64,000 nucleotides of DNA from Acidobacteriota bacterium (GTDB lineage: Bacteria; Acidobacteriota; Vicinamibacteria; Vicinamibacterales; UBA2999): positions 2,861 to 66,860 of the forward strand of contig JAKFXY010000074.1 of NCBI GenBank assembly GCA_021731165.1. Reading direction: 5' to 3'. Within the stretch, counting starts at the first letter, position 1; every line of letters begins with the position of its first letter. The position numbers were made by a program, and so were the translations under genes. The notes under the pieces are model-generated. The model was not told the origin of the DNA and made no database searches. It worked only from the letters and a program-made list of their open reading frames with translations. This document shows, piece after piece, positions 45,193-54,654 of this stretch.

Positions 45193-47622
45193 ATGACCGC
45201 TCTCTTGTTGCTGTTCATCGGCTCCGGCTGTGCCGCGCTTATTTACGAAGTCGTCTGGTTCCAGCTCCTCCAGTTGTCGGTGGGTTCGTCGGCGGTCTCG
45301 CTTGGGATTCTGCTCGGAATCTACATGGGAGGGATGTGTCTGGGCAGCCTCTTGCTCCCGCGACGGATCTCTGCCCGTCATCACCCGTTGAAGGTCTATG
45401 CGTGGCTCGAGCTCGGCATCGGTGTCTTTGGCCTGCTCGTGCTGTTCGCCGTGCCGCTCGTCGGCAGCGCCTACACTGCGATTGCCGGCAGCGGACCAAT
45501 CAACCTTGTCCTGCGCGCCGCCGTCGCCGGCATCTGCCTTCTCCCACCGACGCTCTTGATGGGTGCCACGCTGCCGGCCGTTGCGCGGTGGGTGGAGACC
45601 ACGCCGTCGGGGGTATCGTGGCTCGGTTATTTTTACGCCGGTAATCTGGCAGGCGCGGTGGCGGGAAGCCTGCTGGCGGGCTACTACCTCCTTCGCGTCT
45701 TCGACATGCCGACGGCCACATTCGTGGCGGTCGGTCTCAACGTGATCGTCGCCGTCCTTGCGCTGGTCGTCGCCGGGCGCACGGCGTACACCCCGGCCGT
45801 GACCACGCCGGCGTCCCGCGATGCCACCGTCCCCGGCGCGCGGCTCGTCTATGTGGCGATTGCACTCTCTGGATTGACGGCTCTTGGCGCGGAAGTGGTC
45901 TGGACGCGTCTGCTCTCGTTACTGTTCGGCGGCACGACCTACACCTTCTCGCTGATTCTGGCCGTCTTCCTCGTTGGCCTCGGGATTGGCAGCACCATCG
46001 GCTCCGAACTGGCGCGGCGGCTTCTGCATCCGCGGGCGGCGTTCGGCTGGTGCCAACTGCTCCTGTGCGTGACGCTGGCGTGGGCGGCCCACGTGGCGGA
46101 AGCGTCGCTGCCGTACTGGCCGATCAATCCGTCGATCTCGACCAAGCTCTCGTTCACGTTCCAGCTCGATCTGCTCCGGGCGCTCTGGGTGATGCTCCCC
46201 TCGGCCATCCTGTGGGGTGCGAGTTTCCCGCTGGCTCTCGCCGCGGTCGTGCGCGTGGGGCAGGATCCAGCCCGTCTCGTGGGCGGTGTGTACGCGGCCA
46301 ACACCGTGGGTGCGATCGTCGGCGCGCTGGTGACGAGTCTCGGACTCGTCGGGACGGTCGGCAGCCAGGTCGCGCAACAGGTGCTCATCGCGGTGGCGGC
46401 GCTCTCCGGCATGCTGATGCTGGCGGTCCAGGGACGAAGGGCGGAAGGCGACATTGTCGAGCAGGCGCGGAGTACGCCACCCGCCGCCAGCTTCGCCATC
46501 GTGGCGGTCGTGGTCGTGGCGGCGGGGCTGCTCGCGCGCACCGTGCCGCCGCTGCCAGGGATCCTCGTGGCCTACGGCCGGTACGCCGCCACCTGGGTCG
46601 GCTTCAACGAGATTATCTACGTTGGTGAAGGCATCACCGCGTCAGTTGCGGTGTCGCGCACGCCAAGCGGGGTGTTGAACTACCACAACGCGGGCAAGGT
46701 GCAGGCGTCGAGCGAGCCGCAGGACATGAAGCTGCAGCGCATGCTCGGCCACATCACGACGCTGGTGCCGAGGAACCCGGCCAAGGTGCTCGTGATCGGT
46801 TGCGGTGCCGGTGTCACGGCCGGCGCGGTGTCGATCGATCCGCTCGTCAAGGACCAGACGATTGCGGAGATCGAGCCGCTGGTGCCGCAGGTTGTCTCGA
46901 CTCACTTCGCCGCCCACAACTTCGACGTCGTCCGCAACCCGAAGGTGAAGGTGCACCTTGACGATGCGCGCCACTATCTGCTGACGACCAAGGAGACGTT
47001 CGACGCGATTACATCGGACCCGCTCGATCCGTGGGTCAAGGGCGCGGCGACGCTGTATACGAGGGAGTTCTTCCAGGAGGTCAGGAGCCACCTGAACCCT
47101 GGCGGGGCCGTGACGCTGTTCGTGCAGCTCTACGAGAGCAGTGAGGAAGCGGTCAAGAGCGAGGTGGCGACGTTTCTCGAGGTGTTTCCCGCGGGCGCGG
47201 TGTTCGCGAACACCGCCAACGGCCAGGGCTACGACCTCGTGCTCTGGGGACCGCTCGAGCCGACCAAGATTGACGTGGACGCCATTCAGGCGCGGCTGGC
47301 CAAGCCGGAGAATGACCCGATTGTCAAGTCGTTGCGCGAGATCGGCGTCTACTCGGCGCAGGACCTCTTTTCCACGTATGCCGGGCGGGCCGACGACATG
47401 GCCAACTGGCTGAAGGACGCCCAGATCAACACCGACCGGAACCTGCGGCTGCAGTACCTCGCGGGGCTCGGGCTGAACTTGTACCAGAGCGATCCAATCT
47501 ACAAGAAGATGATCGCGGACACGAAGTACCCCGAAGGACTATTCGAGGGGTCGCCGGAGACACTCGCGGCGATGCGTCAGAAGATCGAGTCGGCGCTGGC
47601 GCGGTCGAAGCCGCAGTTCTAA
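45193..47622 (+). CDS. fused polytopic membrane / spermidine-synthase-like protein
   Basis: About 480 aa of TM helices, then an aminopropyltransferase-like fold (VLVIGCGAGVTAG, DAITSDPLDPW), then a helical C-terminal region. Confidence 0.75.
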   Translation: MTALLLLFIGSGCAALIYEVVWFQLLQLSVGSSAVSLGILLGIYMGGMCLGSLLLPRRISARHHPLKVYAWLELGIGVFGLLVLFAVPLVGSAYTAIAGSGPINLVLRAAVAGICLLPPTLLMGATLPAVARWVETTPSGVSWLGYFYAGNLAGAVAGSLLAGYYLLRVFDMPTATFVAVGLNVIVAVLALVVAGRTAYTPAVTTPASRDATVPGARLVYVAIALSGLTALGAEVVWTRLLSLLFGGTTYTFSLILAVFLVGLGIGSTIGSELARRLLHPRAAFGWCQLLLCVTLAWAAHVAEASLPYWPINPSISTKLSFTFQLDLLRALWVMLPSAILWGASFPLALAAVVRVGQDPARLVGGVYAANTVGAIVGALVTSLGLVGTVGSQVAQQVLIAVAALSGMLMLAVQGRRAEGDIVEQARSTPPAASFAIVAVVVVAAGLLARTVPPLPGILVAYGRYAATWVGFNEIIYVGEGITASVAVSRTPSGVLNYHNAGKVQASSEPQDMKLQRMLGHITTLVPRNPAKVLVIGCGAGVTAGAVSIDPLVKDQTIAEIEPLVPQVVSTHFAAHNFDVVRNPKVKVHLDDARHYLLTTKETFDAITSDPLDPWVKGAATLYTREFFQEVRSHLNPGGAVTLFVQLYESSEEAVKSEVATFLEVFPAGAVFANTANGQGYDLVLWGPLEPTKIDVDAIQARLAKPENDPIVKSLREIGVYSAQDLFSTYAGRADDMANWLKDAQINTDRNLRLQYLAGLGLNLYQSDPIYKKMIADTKYPEGLFEGSPETLAAMRQKIESALARSKPQF

Positions 47623-47715
47623 CCTTCGGGGAGGGTTTCACGCTGCCGATGTCGTTTGCAGCGTACCTGCTGCGAACGACGACCCACCACCCGCCATCCA
47701 CCAACTGACGCTCGG

Positions 47716-48981
47716 CTACACCACCGTCCCGGGCTTGATGATTCCGCCCTTGGGAACCACGATGATCCCACCCCTGATGTAGTACCCCTCGCCGTCGGCG
47801 TGCTCGATGCCGGCGGCGTTGACCAGCCGTGCGCCGTCGCCGATGCGTGCGTTTTTGTCGATGATGGCCCGGTCGAGGACGACGTCTCGCCCGATGCCGA
47901 GTGACGGCTGGCCGGCGTCGCCGCGGCTGTCTTCGTAGACGTCTGCCCCGAGCAGCACCGAGCGCTGAATCTTCGAGCCCGAGTGGATGTGGCTGCGAAT
48001 GCCGACAACCGAGTCGGTGATCTCGCACCGGTCCAGGAAGCAGCCGTCGGCCACGATCGAGTCGCGTACATGGCAGTCCGTGAGCCGAGATCCTGGCAGG
48101 TGCCGCAAGTGGGTGTAGATCGGCTGGTGTGGATCCCAGAAGCGAAAGGGGGCTCCCGGCCGCCCCAGCATCACGTTGGCCTCGTAGAACGACTCGATGT
48201 CGCCCACGTCGGCCCAGTAGCCGCGGTAGAGGTACGACCGCACCTTGTAGTGGTCGAGCGCGTTGGGGATCACCTCGCGGCCGAAGTCGATACCGCGCTC
48301 ACGCTCGAGGATGTCGAGCAGGACATCCCGGGAGAAGACGTAGACGCCCATCGACGCCGTGAACGGCTGATCGTCGGTGTGGCGCGCGAAGACGGAGCCG
48401 TGCGGAATACTCCGGCCAATCTCCCGCAGGCGATCCGGCTTGGGTTTCTCCTCGAAGGCGGTGATCCGTCCGTCGCGGTCGAACCGGAAGATACCCATCT
48501 GGGTCGCTGTCTCGGGATCGACCGGCTGCGCGGCGATCGTGATGTCGGCGCGCACGTCCCGGTGCGCGTCGATCAGTTCCTGATAGTCCATCCGATAGAG
48601 GTGATCACCGGAGAGGATCAGGTAGTACTCGGCCTCGTGCTCGACAAAGTGACGGGCCGCCTGGCGCACGGCGTCCGCGGTCCCCTGAAACCAGTGTGGA
48701 TTGTCCGGCGTCTGTTCCGCCGCGAGAATCTCGACGAAGCCGCCCGAGAACATGTCGAGCTGGTAGGTGTGCGAGATGTGCCGGTTCAGCGAGGCCGAGT
48801 TGAACTGGGTCAGCACGAAGATGCGGCGGATGTCAGCGCGCAGGCAGCCGCTGATCGGCACGTCGATCAGCCGGTATTTTCCGCCGATCGGCACCGCCGG
48901 CTTGGATCGCGTGGCTGTGAGTGGAAAGAGCCGGGACCCCTGGCCCCCGCCGAGAATGATCGCGAGCGTGTCGTTCTGCAT
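47716..48981 (-). CDS. glgC: glucose-1-phosphate adenylyltransferase
   Basis: ILGGGQGSRLFPLT N-terminal motif. C-terminal left-handed beta-helix repeats. Confidence 0.9.
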   Translation of the reverse strand: MQNDTLAIILGGGQGSRLFPLTATRSKPAVPIGGKYRLIDVPISGCLRADIRRIFVLTQFNSASLNRHISHTYQLDMFSGGFVEILAAEQTPDNPHWFQGTADAVRQAARHFVEHEAEYYLILSGDHLYRMDYQELIDAHRDVRADITIAAQPVDPETATQMGIFRFDRDGRITAFEEKPKPDRLREIGRSIPHGSVFARHTDDQPFTASMGVYVFSRDVLLDILERERGIDFGREVIPNALDHYKVRSYLYRGYWADVGDIESFYEANVMLGRPGAPFRFWDPHQPIYTHLRHLPGSRLTDCHVRDSIVADGCFLDRCEITDSVVGIRSHIHSGSKIQRSVLLGADVYEDSRGDAGQPSLGIGRDVVLDRAIIDKNARIGDGARLVNAAGIEHADGEGYYIRGGIIVVPKGGIIKPGTVV

Positions 48982-49213
48982 GAGTGGATGTGGCCCGGGC
49001 CATCATTGGCCGGGCACCGCGTTTGTAACACACCACCCACCTGCGTACCTCATTTGACTCGTCCGTCACACCGTCGAGATCGCATTGTCACGGCAGCAGC
49101 CTATCGTGTGGGTGTATGCACGTGGGTATACCACGGCAGTGGGCACCAACCCGGGCGCAGCGGTGGCGCTGGCCCTCGACGATGCTCAGGCCATCCCGAG
49201 CAAGAGTCGAGGG

Positions 49214-49945
49214 ATGACAATCAGCGTCATTGTCTGCGCTCATAATGAAGCACGGTACCTGCCGGCCTGCCTCCATTCGCTCCTCGCACAGACGCGCATC
49301 CCCGACGACATTCTGGTCGTCAACAACGCGAGCACCGATGCCACACGCGCGGTCGCGGTGGCGATTCCGGGCGTACGCGTGGTGGACGAGCCGCGAAAAG
49401 GGCTGGTGGTGGCGCGCGAGGCCGGCCGCAACGCCGCTGTCGGCGAGCTCCTGGTCTACCTCGACGCGGACTGTCGGGCACCGCTCAACTGGCTCGAGCG
49501 GATCGAACGGCATTTCGAGCGCGACAGGTCCTTGCTGGCGCTGTCCGGCCCCTACCGGTTCTATGACTGGGACTGGTTCGGCCGCACCCTGATTCGGGCC
49601 TACGACTTCACGTTGGCGCCGGCGACCCAGTTCCTCGTGACGCGAGTGCTGCGTATCGGCACCATCTTCTACGGTGGCAATTTCGCCGTCCGCCAGGAGG
49701 CGCTCGCGGCCATCGGCGGCTTCGACACCTCGATCGAGTTTCATGGCGAGGACACCAACCTCGGGCGTCGCCTGTTCGCGACAGGCAAGGTGGCGTTCTG
49801 CTACGACTGTTACCTGTACACGTCGGCGCGGCGTTATGTCGCGATGGGGAAGGGCGCGGTGTTCCGGCTCTACGTCAGGAATTTCACGTCGGAGCTGCTG
49901 CACCATCGCCCGAAGGACACCACGCACGTGGACGTGAGAATCTGA
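49214..49945 (+). CDS. family 2 glycosyltransferase
   Basis: ATG 49214. ISVIVCAHNEARYL and the DxD motif YLDADC. Confidence 0.8.
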   Translation: MTISVIVCAHNEARYLPACLHSLLAQTRIPDDILVVNNASTDATRAVAVAIPGVRVVDEPRKGLVVAREAGRNAAVGELLVYLDADCRAPLNWLERIERHFERDRSLLALSGPYRFYDWDWFGRTLIRAYDFTLAPATQFLVTRVLRIGTIFYGGNFAVRQEALAAIGGFDTSIEFHGEDTNLGRRLFATGKVAFCYDCYLYTSARRYVAMGKGAVFRLYVRNFTSELLHHRPKDTTHVDVRI

Positions 49946-50697
49946 TGCCCGGCTACGAGCCGTTCCTGCTGTGCGATTTTCATGTGCACACGACGTGGAG
50001 CGACGGCGCTCTGACGTTGCGGGAGGTCGTCGATCTCTACGGCGCGACGGGGAAGTTCGACGTGATCGCGATTACCGACCATATCCTGATGAAGAAGGAC
50101 CTGATTGCCCGCGCGGGTCGCATCGTCACACTCGGCCGGCGCGCGTTCGGCGTTCGCGAGGAGAACTTCGAGGCTTATCTCGACGACATCCGAAAGGAGG
50201 CGGAGCGGGCGAAGGCGCAGTACGGGATGCTGGTGATTCCAGGCGCCGAGATCACGCAGAACCGGATCAGCGGCAAGGGCAAGAAGAACTCCCACATCAT
50301 CGCGCTCGACATCCAGGAGTACATCAGCGCCGACCAGGCCGCCGATGAGATCCTGCGCGACATTCGACGGCAGAACGGCCTGAGCATCGCCTGCCACCCG
50401 CACCACCGCACGACGCGGCGCATCGAGGTCAGCACCTGCTATCTCTGGGATCATCGCGAGGAGCTCGCAGGCCTCGTCGATGTCTGGGAGGCGGCCAATC
50501 GCGACGATCTCTTCTCGGTAACCAGCCTGAAGCACTATCCGTATGTGGCGAACAGCGACTTCCACAAGCCCAAGCATCTCTACTCATGGAAGACGCTCCT
50601 GCGCTGTGAGAAGAGCTGGCCGGCCGTGAAGGAGGCGCTCCGCCACAACGTGGACGTCGCCCTCACGCTCTTCCGTGACGGCTCGTCGGCCGCCTGA
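49945..50697 (+). CDS. PHP-domain metal-dependent phosphoesterase
   Basis: TGATG stop/start overlap with the GT2 gene. CDFHVHTTWSDG and later His/Asp ligands (ITDH, SHIIALD, ACHP). Confidence 0.7.
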   Translation: MPGYEPFLLCDFHVHTTWSDGALTLREVVDLYGATGKFDVIAITDHILMKKDLIARAGRIVTLGRRAFGVREENFEAYLDDIRKEAERAKAQYGMLVIPGAEITQNRISGKGKKNSHIIALDIQEYISADQAADEILRDIRRQNGLSIACHPHHRTTRRIEVSTCYLWDHREELAGLVDVWEAANRDDLFSVTSLKHYPYVANSDFHKPKHLYSWKTLLRCEKSWPAVKEALRHNVDVALTLFRDGSSAA

Positions 50698-50803
50698 GTC
50701 GCGGCCGTGCGCTCCGGTGGCGATACACCGTGTTGTTGCGGATGGCTCCATCAATTTGCAGCATCGAGACGCCCTCGTCACGACACCACCAGATACTGGG
50801 GTC

Positions 50804-51721
50804 ATGAAGCTTGACCTCCACGTTCACACCATCTTCTCCGGGCAGACGACGATCTACCCGCTGAGCCTGATCATGCGTGAGTCCTACAACTCGCCGGACG
50901 GCGTGCATCGCCGAGCCAAGGCGCGCGGCATGGATCTGGTCACCATTACGGACCACGACCGGATCGATGGCGCGCTGACGATTGCCGATCGGCCGGACGT
51001 CATCGTCGGCTGCGAGGTGACCGCCGTGTTTCCGAGTGACGGGGTACGGGTGCACCTCGGCGTGCTTGGCGTGACCGAGACGCAACATCGCGAGATCCAG
51101 CGGCTGCGCGGAGACGTTCGCGAGCTGCTCCCGTACCTCCGTCAGGAGCGGATCTTCAGCTCACTGAATCACGTCGCGTCGCGGATCAACGGCCAGGTCA
51201 CGGCGCCTCACATCGCGGCGCTGATGCCGTGGGTGGATGGTATCGAAGTCATCAACGGCTCGCGCCTCGCCACGCAGAACCGGACAGCCGCATGCCTTGC
51301 CGACGCCTGCGCGAAGGTGGGCGTGGCCGGCAGCGACTCGCACACCGGCCGCGGCATCGGCCGCACCTGGGTCGAGGCGCCGCACGCGACGACCCGGGAG
51401 GAGTTCCTGACGGAGCTTCACGCCGGTCGTGTGCGTGTCGGCGGCCGGCAGGGGCACTACTTCACGATGGCCTCCGACATGCTGCGTCTGGCCGCCGGCT
51501 TCTATCACGACCGGTTCATCCAGGCGGTGAAGGCGCCGCTCGACTGGAGGGCGCAGGCCTTCGTCCTGGGCGGGATCCTCGGTCTTCCACTCGTCTGCCT
51601 GCCGTTGGCCGGGGCGCTCGTGCACTTCATCCTCGAGGAGCGATTCAACCAGGCGCTCCTGTTCGACTTGGTGGCACGGCCGGCCGTCGCAAGGCTGGCC
51701 AGGGCGCCGGAGGTGGCCTGA
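50804..51721 (+). CDS. PHP-domain phosphoesterase with C-terminal membrane anchor
   Basis: ATG 50804. LDLHVHTIFSG, ITDHD, GSDSHT. A C-terminal hydrophobic segment AFVLGGILGLPLVCLPLAGALVHFIL. Confidence 0.7.
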   Translation: MKLDLHVHTIFSGQTTIYPLSLIMRESYNSPDGVHRRAKARGMDLVTITDHDRIDGALTIADRPDVIVGCEVTAVFPSDGVRVHLGVLGVTETQHREIQRLRGDVRELLPYLRQERIFSSLNHVASRINGQVTAPHIAALMPWVDGIEVINGSRLATQNRTAACLADACAKVGVAGSDSHTGRGIGRTWVEAPHATTREEFLTELHAGRVRVGGRQGHYFTMASDMLRLAAGFYHDRFIQAVKAPLDWRAQAFVLGGILGLPLVCLPLAGALVHFILEERFNQALLFDLVARPAVARLARAPEVA

Positions 51722-51722
51722 C

Positions 51723-52889
51723 GTGAACGTCGCGGTCTTCACCGACAACGACTTCGACAAGATCAACGGCGTCACGACGACGTTGACGGCGGCGCTGCAG
51801 CATGCGCCGTCGGACGTCCATCTCCGGATCTACACCGCTGCGACGCTCGGGGTGGCGGAGCCGCACTACCTTGCCCTCGAATCGGTCGGCGTGCCGATTC
51901 CGTTCTACGGCGAGATGCGCATGTACCTCCCACGTCTGGGCGCGTACGTCGAACACGCACGGCGCGACAGGATCGACGTCATTCATCTGACAACACCGGG
52001 GCCGCTCGGTCTGGCGGCGATGTACGTCGCCCGTCAGATTCGCCGGCCGATGATCGGCAGCTTCCACACCGACCTGGCCGCCTATACGGCCCTGCTCTCC
52101 GACTCACCGCGTCTTGGACGACTGATGGGCCAGTACATGCGGTGGCCGTACAGCAGGTGCGCCCGGGTCCTGGTGCCGTCCACGGCCACGCGCCAGTTGA
52201 TGGTCGCCTCGAAGAGCGATCCCGAACGCCTGGTCGTGTGGGCGCGAGGCGTGGACACGGATCTGTTTTCGCCCAGCCGGCGATCCTGGCGGCTACGCGA
52301 GGCGTGGCGGGTGGACGACCGGCGACCGGCAATCCTCTACGTCGGCCGTGTCTCGCGCGAGAAGGGACTGGCGATGCTGGAGCCGCTGCAGCGGGCGCTG
52401 CACGGGCGTCGGCTGGAGCACCGGTTCATCATCGTGGGCCAGGGACCGATGCTGCCCGAGCTGCGCGAGAAGCTGCCCGAGGCGGTCTTCACCGGGCCGC
52501 TCTCGAGGGATGCGGTCGCTGAGGCGTTTGCGTCGGCGGACCTGTTCGTGTTCCCGAGCCGCACGGACACCGCGGGAAACGTCGTGCTCGAGGCGCAGGC
52601 GAGCGGTGTGCCGGTGATCGTGTCGGCGGCCGGCGGTCCGAGTGAGAACCTCGTCGCCGGGGTCACGGGTCTCGTCTGCGCCACTGACGACGTGCATGAA
52701 TGGGCGGAAGCGGTGGTTTCGCTCCTGCACGACAACGCGCGTCGGCGGCAGCTGGGCCTGGCGGCGAGGGCGTACGCGGAAGGGCGGACCTGGCCTCGCG
52801 CGCTGGAGCCGCTCTACCGCGCCTACCACGACGTGTCGGCGCCGCACTCCGCGCGGGAGCACGTGCCGCTGCTGCCAGTCATGCCGTGA
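51723..52889 (+). CDS. family 4 (GT-B) glycosyltransferase
   Basis: GTG is 1 nt after the previous stop. E-x7-E region GNVVLEAQASGVPVIV. Confidence 0.85.
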   Translation: MNVAVFTDNDFDKINGVTTTLTAALQHAPSDVHLRIYTAATLGVAEPHYLALESVGVPIPFYGEMRMYLPRLGAYVEHARRDRIDVIHLTTPGPLGLAAMYVARQIRRPMIGSFHTDLAAYTALLSDSPRLGRLMGQYMRWPYSRCARVLVPSTATRQLMVASKSDPERLVVWARGVDTDLFSPSRRSWRLREAWRVDDRRPAILYVGRVSREKGLAMLEPLQRALHGRRLEHRFIIVGQGPMLPELREKLPEAVFTGPLSRDAVAEAFASADLFVFPSRTDTAGNVVLEAQASGVPVIVSAAGGPSENLVAGVTGLVCATDDVHEWAEAVVSLLHDNARRRQLGLAARAYAEGRTWPRALEPLYRAYHDVSAPHSAREHVPLLPVMP

Positions 52890-53368
52890 CTACCGTGGCT
52901 TTCTGGAACTACAAGTCGGCGCTGCTGAGCGCGGGCGTCCGCAGCCTGCTGTTCTTCTCGGCGAATCTCACGGCAGGCTATGAGGCCGCCGTGCAGGCGA
53001 TGGTCGTTGAGTACGTGTTCAGATTCGCCACGTCCGGATTCTATGGTGCGCTGACGCAGGCGTGCCGCGGCATCGAGCCCGCCAGGGCTGGAACCGTCGT
53101 CGCCGTCATCGCACTCCCCGTGGTGTCGCACTCGCTGGAGCTGGCGGTGCACTGGTCCCGTGGAACGCCCGCGCTGGCAGCGAGCATCGGCGCGTCCATC
53201 GCCCTCACGATTGTGTCAACGACCTTCAACCTGTTTGCGATGCGCCGCGGCGTCTTGGTGGTGGGTGCCGGGCAGCGGTCGCTCCTGAGCGACCTGAGAG
53301 AACTCCCCAGGCTGATGGCCTTGTTCGTCACCACCGCGGCGCGGACGTGCGTGAAAGCCTGCCTGTGA
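52886..53368 (+). CDS. small 4-TM membrane protein
   Basis: GTGA overlap with the upstream GT4 gene. 160 aa, four hydrophobic segments. No family recognised. Confidence 0.45.
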   Translation: MTTVAFWNYKSALLSAGVRSLLFFSANLTAGYEAAVQAMVVEYVFRFATSGFYGALTQACRGIEPARAGTVVAVIALPVVSHSLELAVHWSRGTPALAASIGASIALTIVSTTFNLFAMRRGVLVVGAGQRSLLSDLRELPRLMALFVTTAARTCVKACL

Positions 53369-54654
53369 CGACGGTGCACCTGACCAACGCCTACCACCCG
53401 ACGTCGGGCGGCATCCGTACCTTCTACGACGCGCTGCTCGAGGGGGGCGACCGCGAGAGGCGGCGGGTTGTGCTCATCGTGCCTGGAGCGAGGACGGATG
53501 TCCAGGACGTCGGCCGGTTCGGACGCATCCATACCGTGGCTGCGCCGCCGGCGCCGGCGTTCGATCGCCGATACCGGCTGATGCTGCCGTACCGTTTGTG
53601 GCCGGGTGGCATCATCGGACAGATTCTCGAGCGCGAGCGCCCCTCGGTTGTCGAGATCTGCGACAAGTACTCGCTGCCCTACCTGGCGGGAATGCTGCGG
53701 AAGGGATGGCACCGGGCCGTCGCCAGGCCCGCGCTGGTGGGGCTCAGTTGCGAGCGCTTTGACGACAACATGGCGGCGTATCTCTCGCGCCGGCCTGCGG
53801 CGAGGGCCTTCACGCAGTGGTACCTCCGCCAGATCTATGGCCCACCCTTCGACATCCACGTCGCGAACTCCGCGTACACGGCGAGCGAGCTCCACGAAGC
53901 TCTTCCCGATCGGCCGACGGGGTTCATTCGCGTGTGCCCCATGGGCGTCGATACAGCCGGATTTGGACCACACCGCGCCAGCGCCACGATGCGCGAGCGC
54001 ATGCGGGGCCTCGTGCGCGGAAGCCAGCGGTCGGTGCTGCTGTTTCACGCCGGCCGGCTCTCGCCTGAAAAGAATGTCGAGTTGCTCGTGGCGATGCTTC
54101 GCACGCTCGTCGAGGACCAAGAGCCGGGGTCCGACTATCGTCTGATCATCGCCGGCGACGGGCCGGAGGCCGGGTGGCTGCGCGCGCAGGCAACCGGCGC
54201 GCTCCGCGACCGGCTCGTGCTGGTCGGCAACCTCGCTCGCTCGACGCTGGCGGAGTGCTGCGCCAGCGCGGACGTGTTCGTGCACCCGAACCCGCGCGAA
54301 CCGTTTGGCATCGGTCCGCTCGAAGCCATGGCGTCCGGCGTGCCCGTGGTGGTGCCTGCCGCGGGGGGCGTGCTCGAGTACGCGACGGAGTCCAACTCCT
54401 GGCTGGCGGCGCCAACCGCGCGCGACTTCGCACGGGCGGTGCGATCGGCGCGCGACGGCGATGCGGCGCGGGTGGCCGCGGCGCGCGACACGGCGCGACG
54501 GTTTCAATGGGACCTGATCGCCAGGCGCTTCTTTGCGATCTACGACGAGGCGGCCGAGAGGTACTCCATGGCGCCTGCTCAGCGTCCAGCGGAAGCCTCT
54601 CGAGGGAACCGGTCGGGGTTGTCGGTGAAGACGGCATCCACGCCAAGGTCGTAG
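53365..54654 (+). CDS. family 4 (GT-B) glycosyltransferase
   Basis: GTGA overlap with the membrane protein gene. VHLTNAYHPTSGGIRTF N-terminus. FGIGPLEAMASGVPVVV. Confidence 0.8.
   Translation: MTTVHLTNAYHPTSGGIRTFYDALLEGGDRERRRVVLIVPGARTDVQDVGRFGRIHTVAAPPAPAFDRRYRLMLPYRLWPGGIIGQILERERPSVVEICDKYSLPYLAGMLRKGWHRAVARPALVGLSCERFDDNMAAYLSRRPAARAFTQWYLRQIYGPPFDIHVANSAYTASELHEALPDRPTGFIRVCPMGVDTAGFGPHRASATMRERMRGLVRGSQRSVLLFHAGRLSPEKNVELLVAMLRTLVEDQEPGSDYRLIIAGDGPEAGWLRAQATGALRDRLVLVGNLARSTLAECCASADVFVHPNPREPFGIGPLEAMASGVPVVVPAAGGVLEYATESNSWLAAPTARDFARAVRSARDGDAARVAAARDTARRFQWDLIARRFFAIYDEAAERYSMAPAQRPAEASRGNRSGLSVKTASTPRS

Noticed and set aside
47621-47715. Terminator between the convergent spermidine-synthase-fusion gene and glgC
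   Set aside because: AACCTTC-ggg-GAGGGTT needs a G-U pair and a 3-nt loop, and GCAGC/GCTGC is only 5 bp. This is too weak to call.
53041-54507. 488-aa minus-strand ORF
   Set aside because: It is antisense to the second GT4 gene (E-x7-E motif on the plus strand) and is Arg/Pro-rich.
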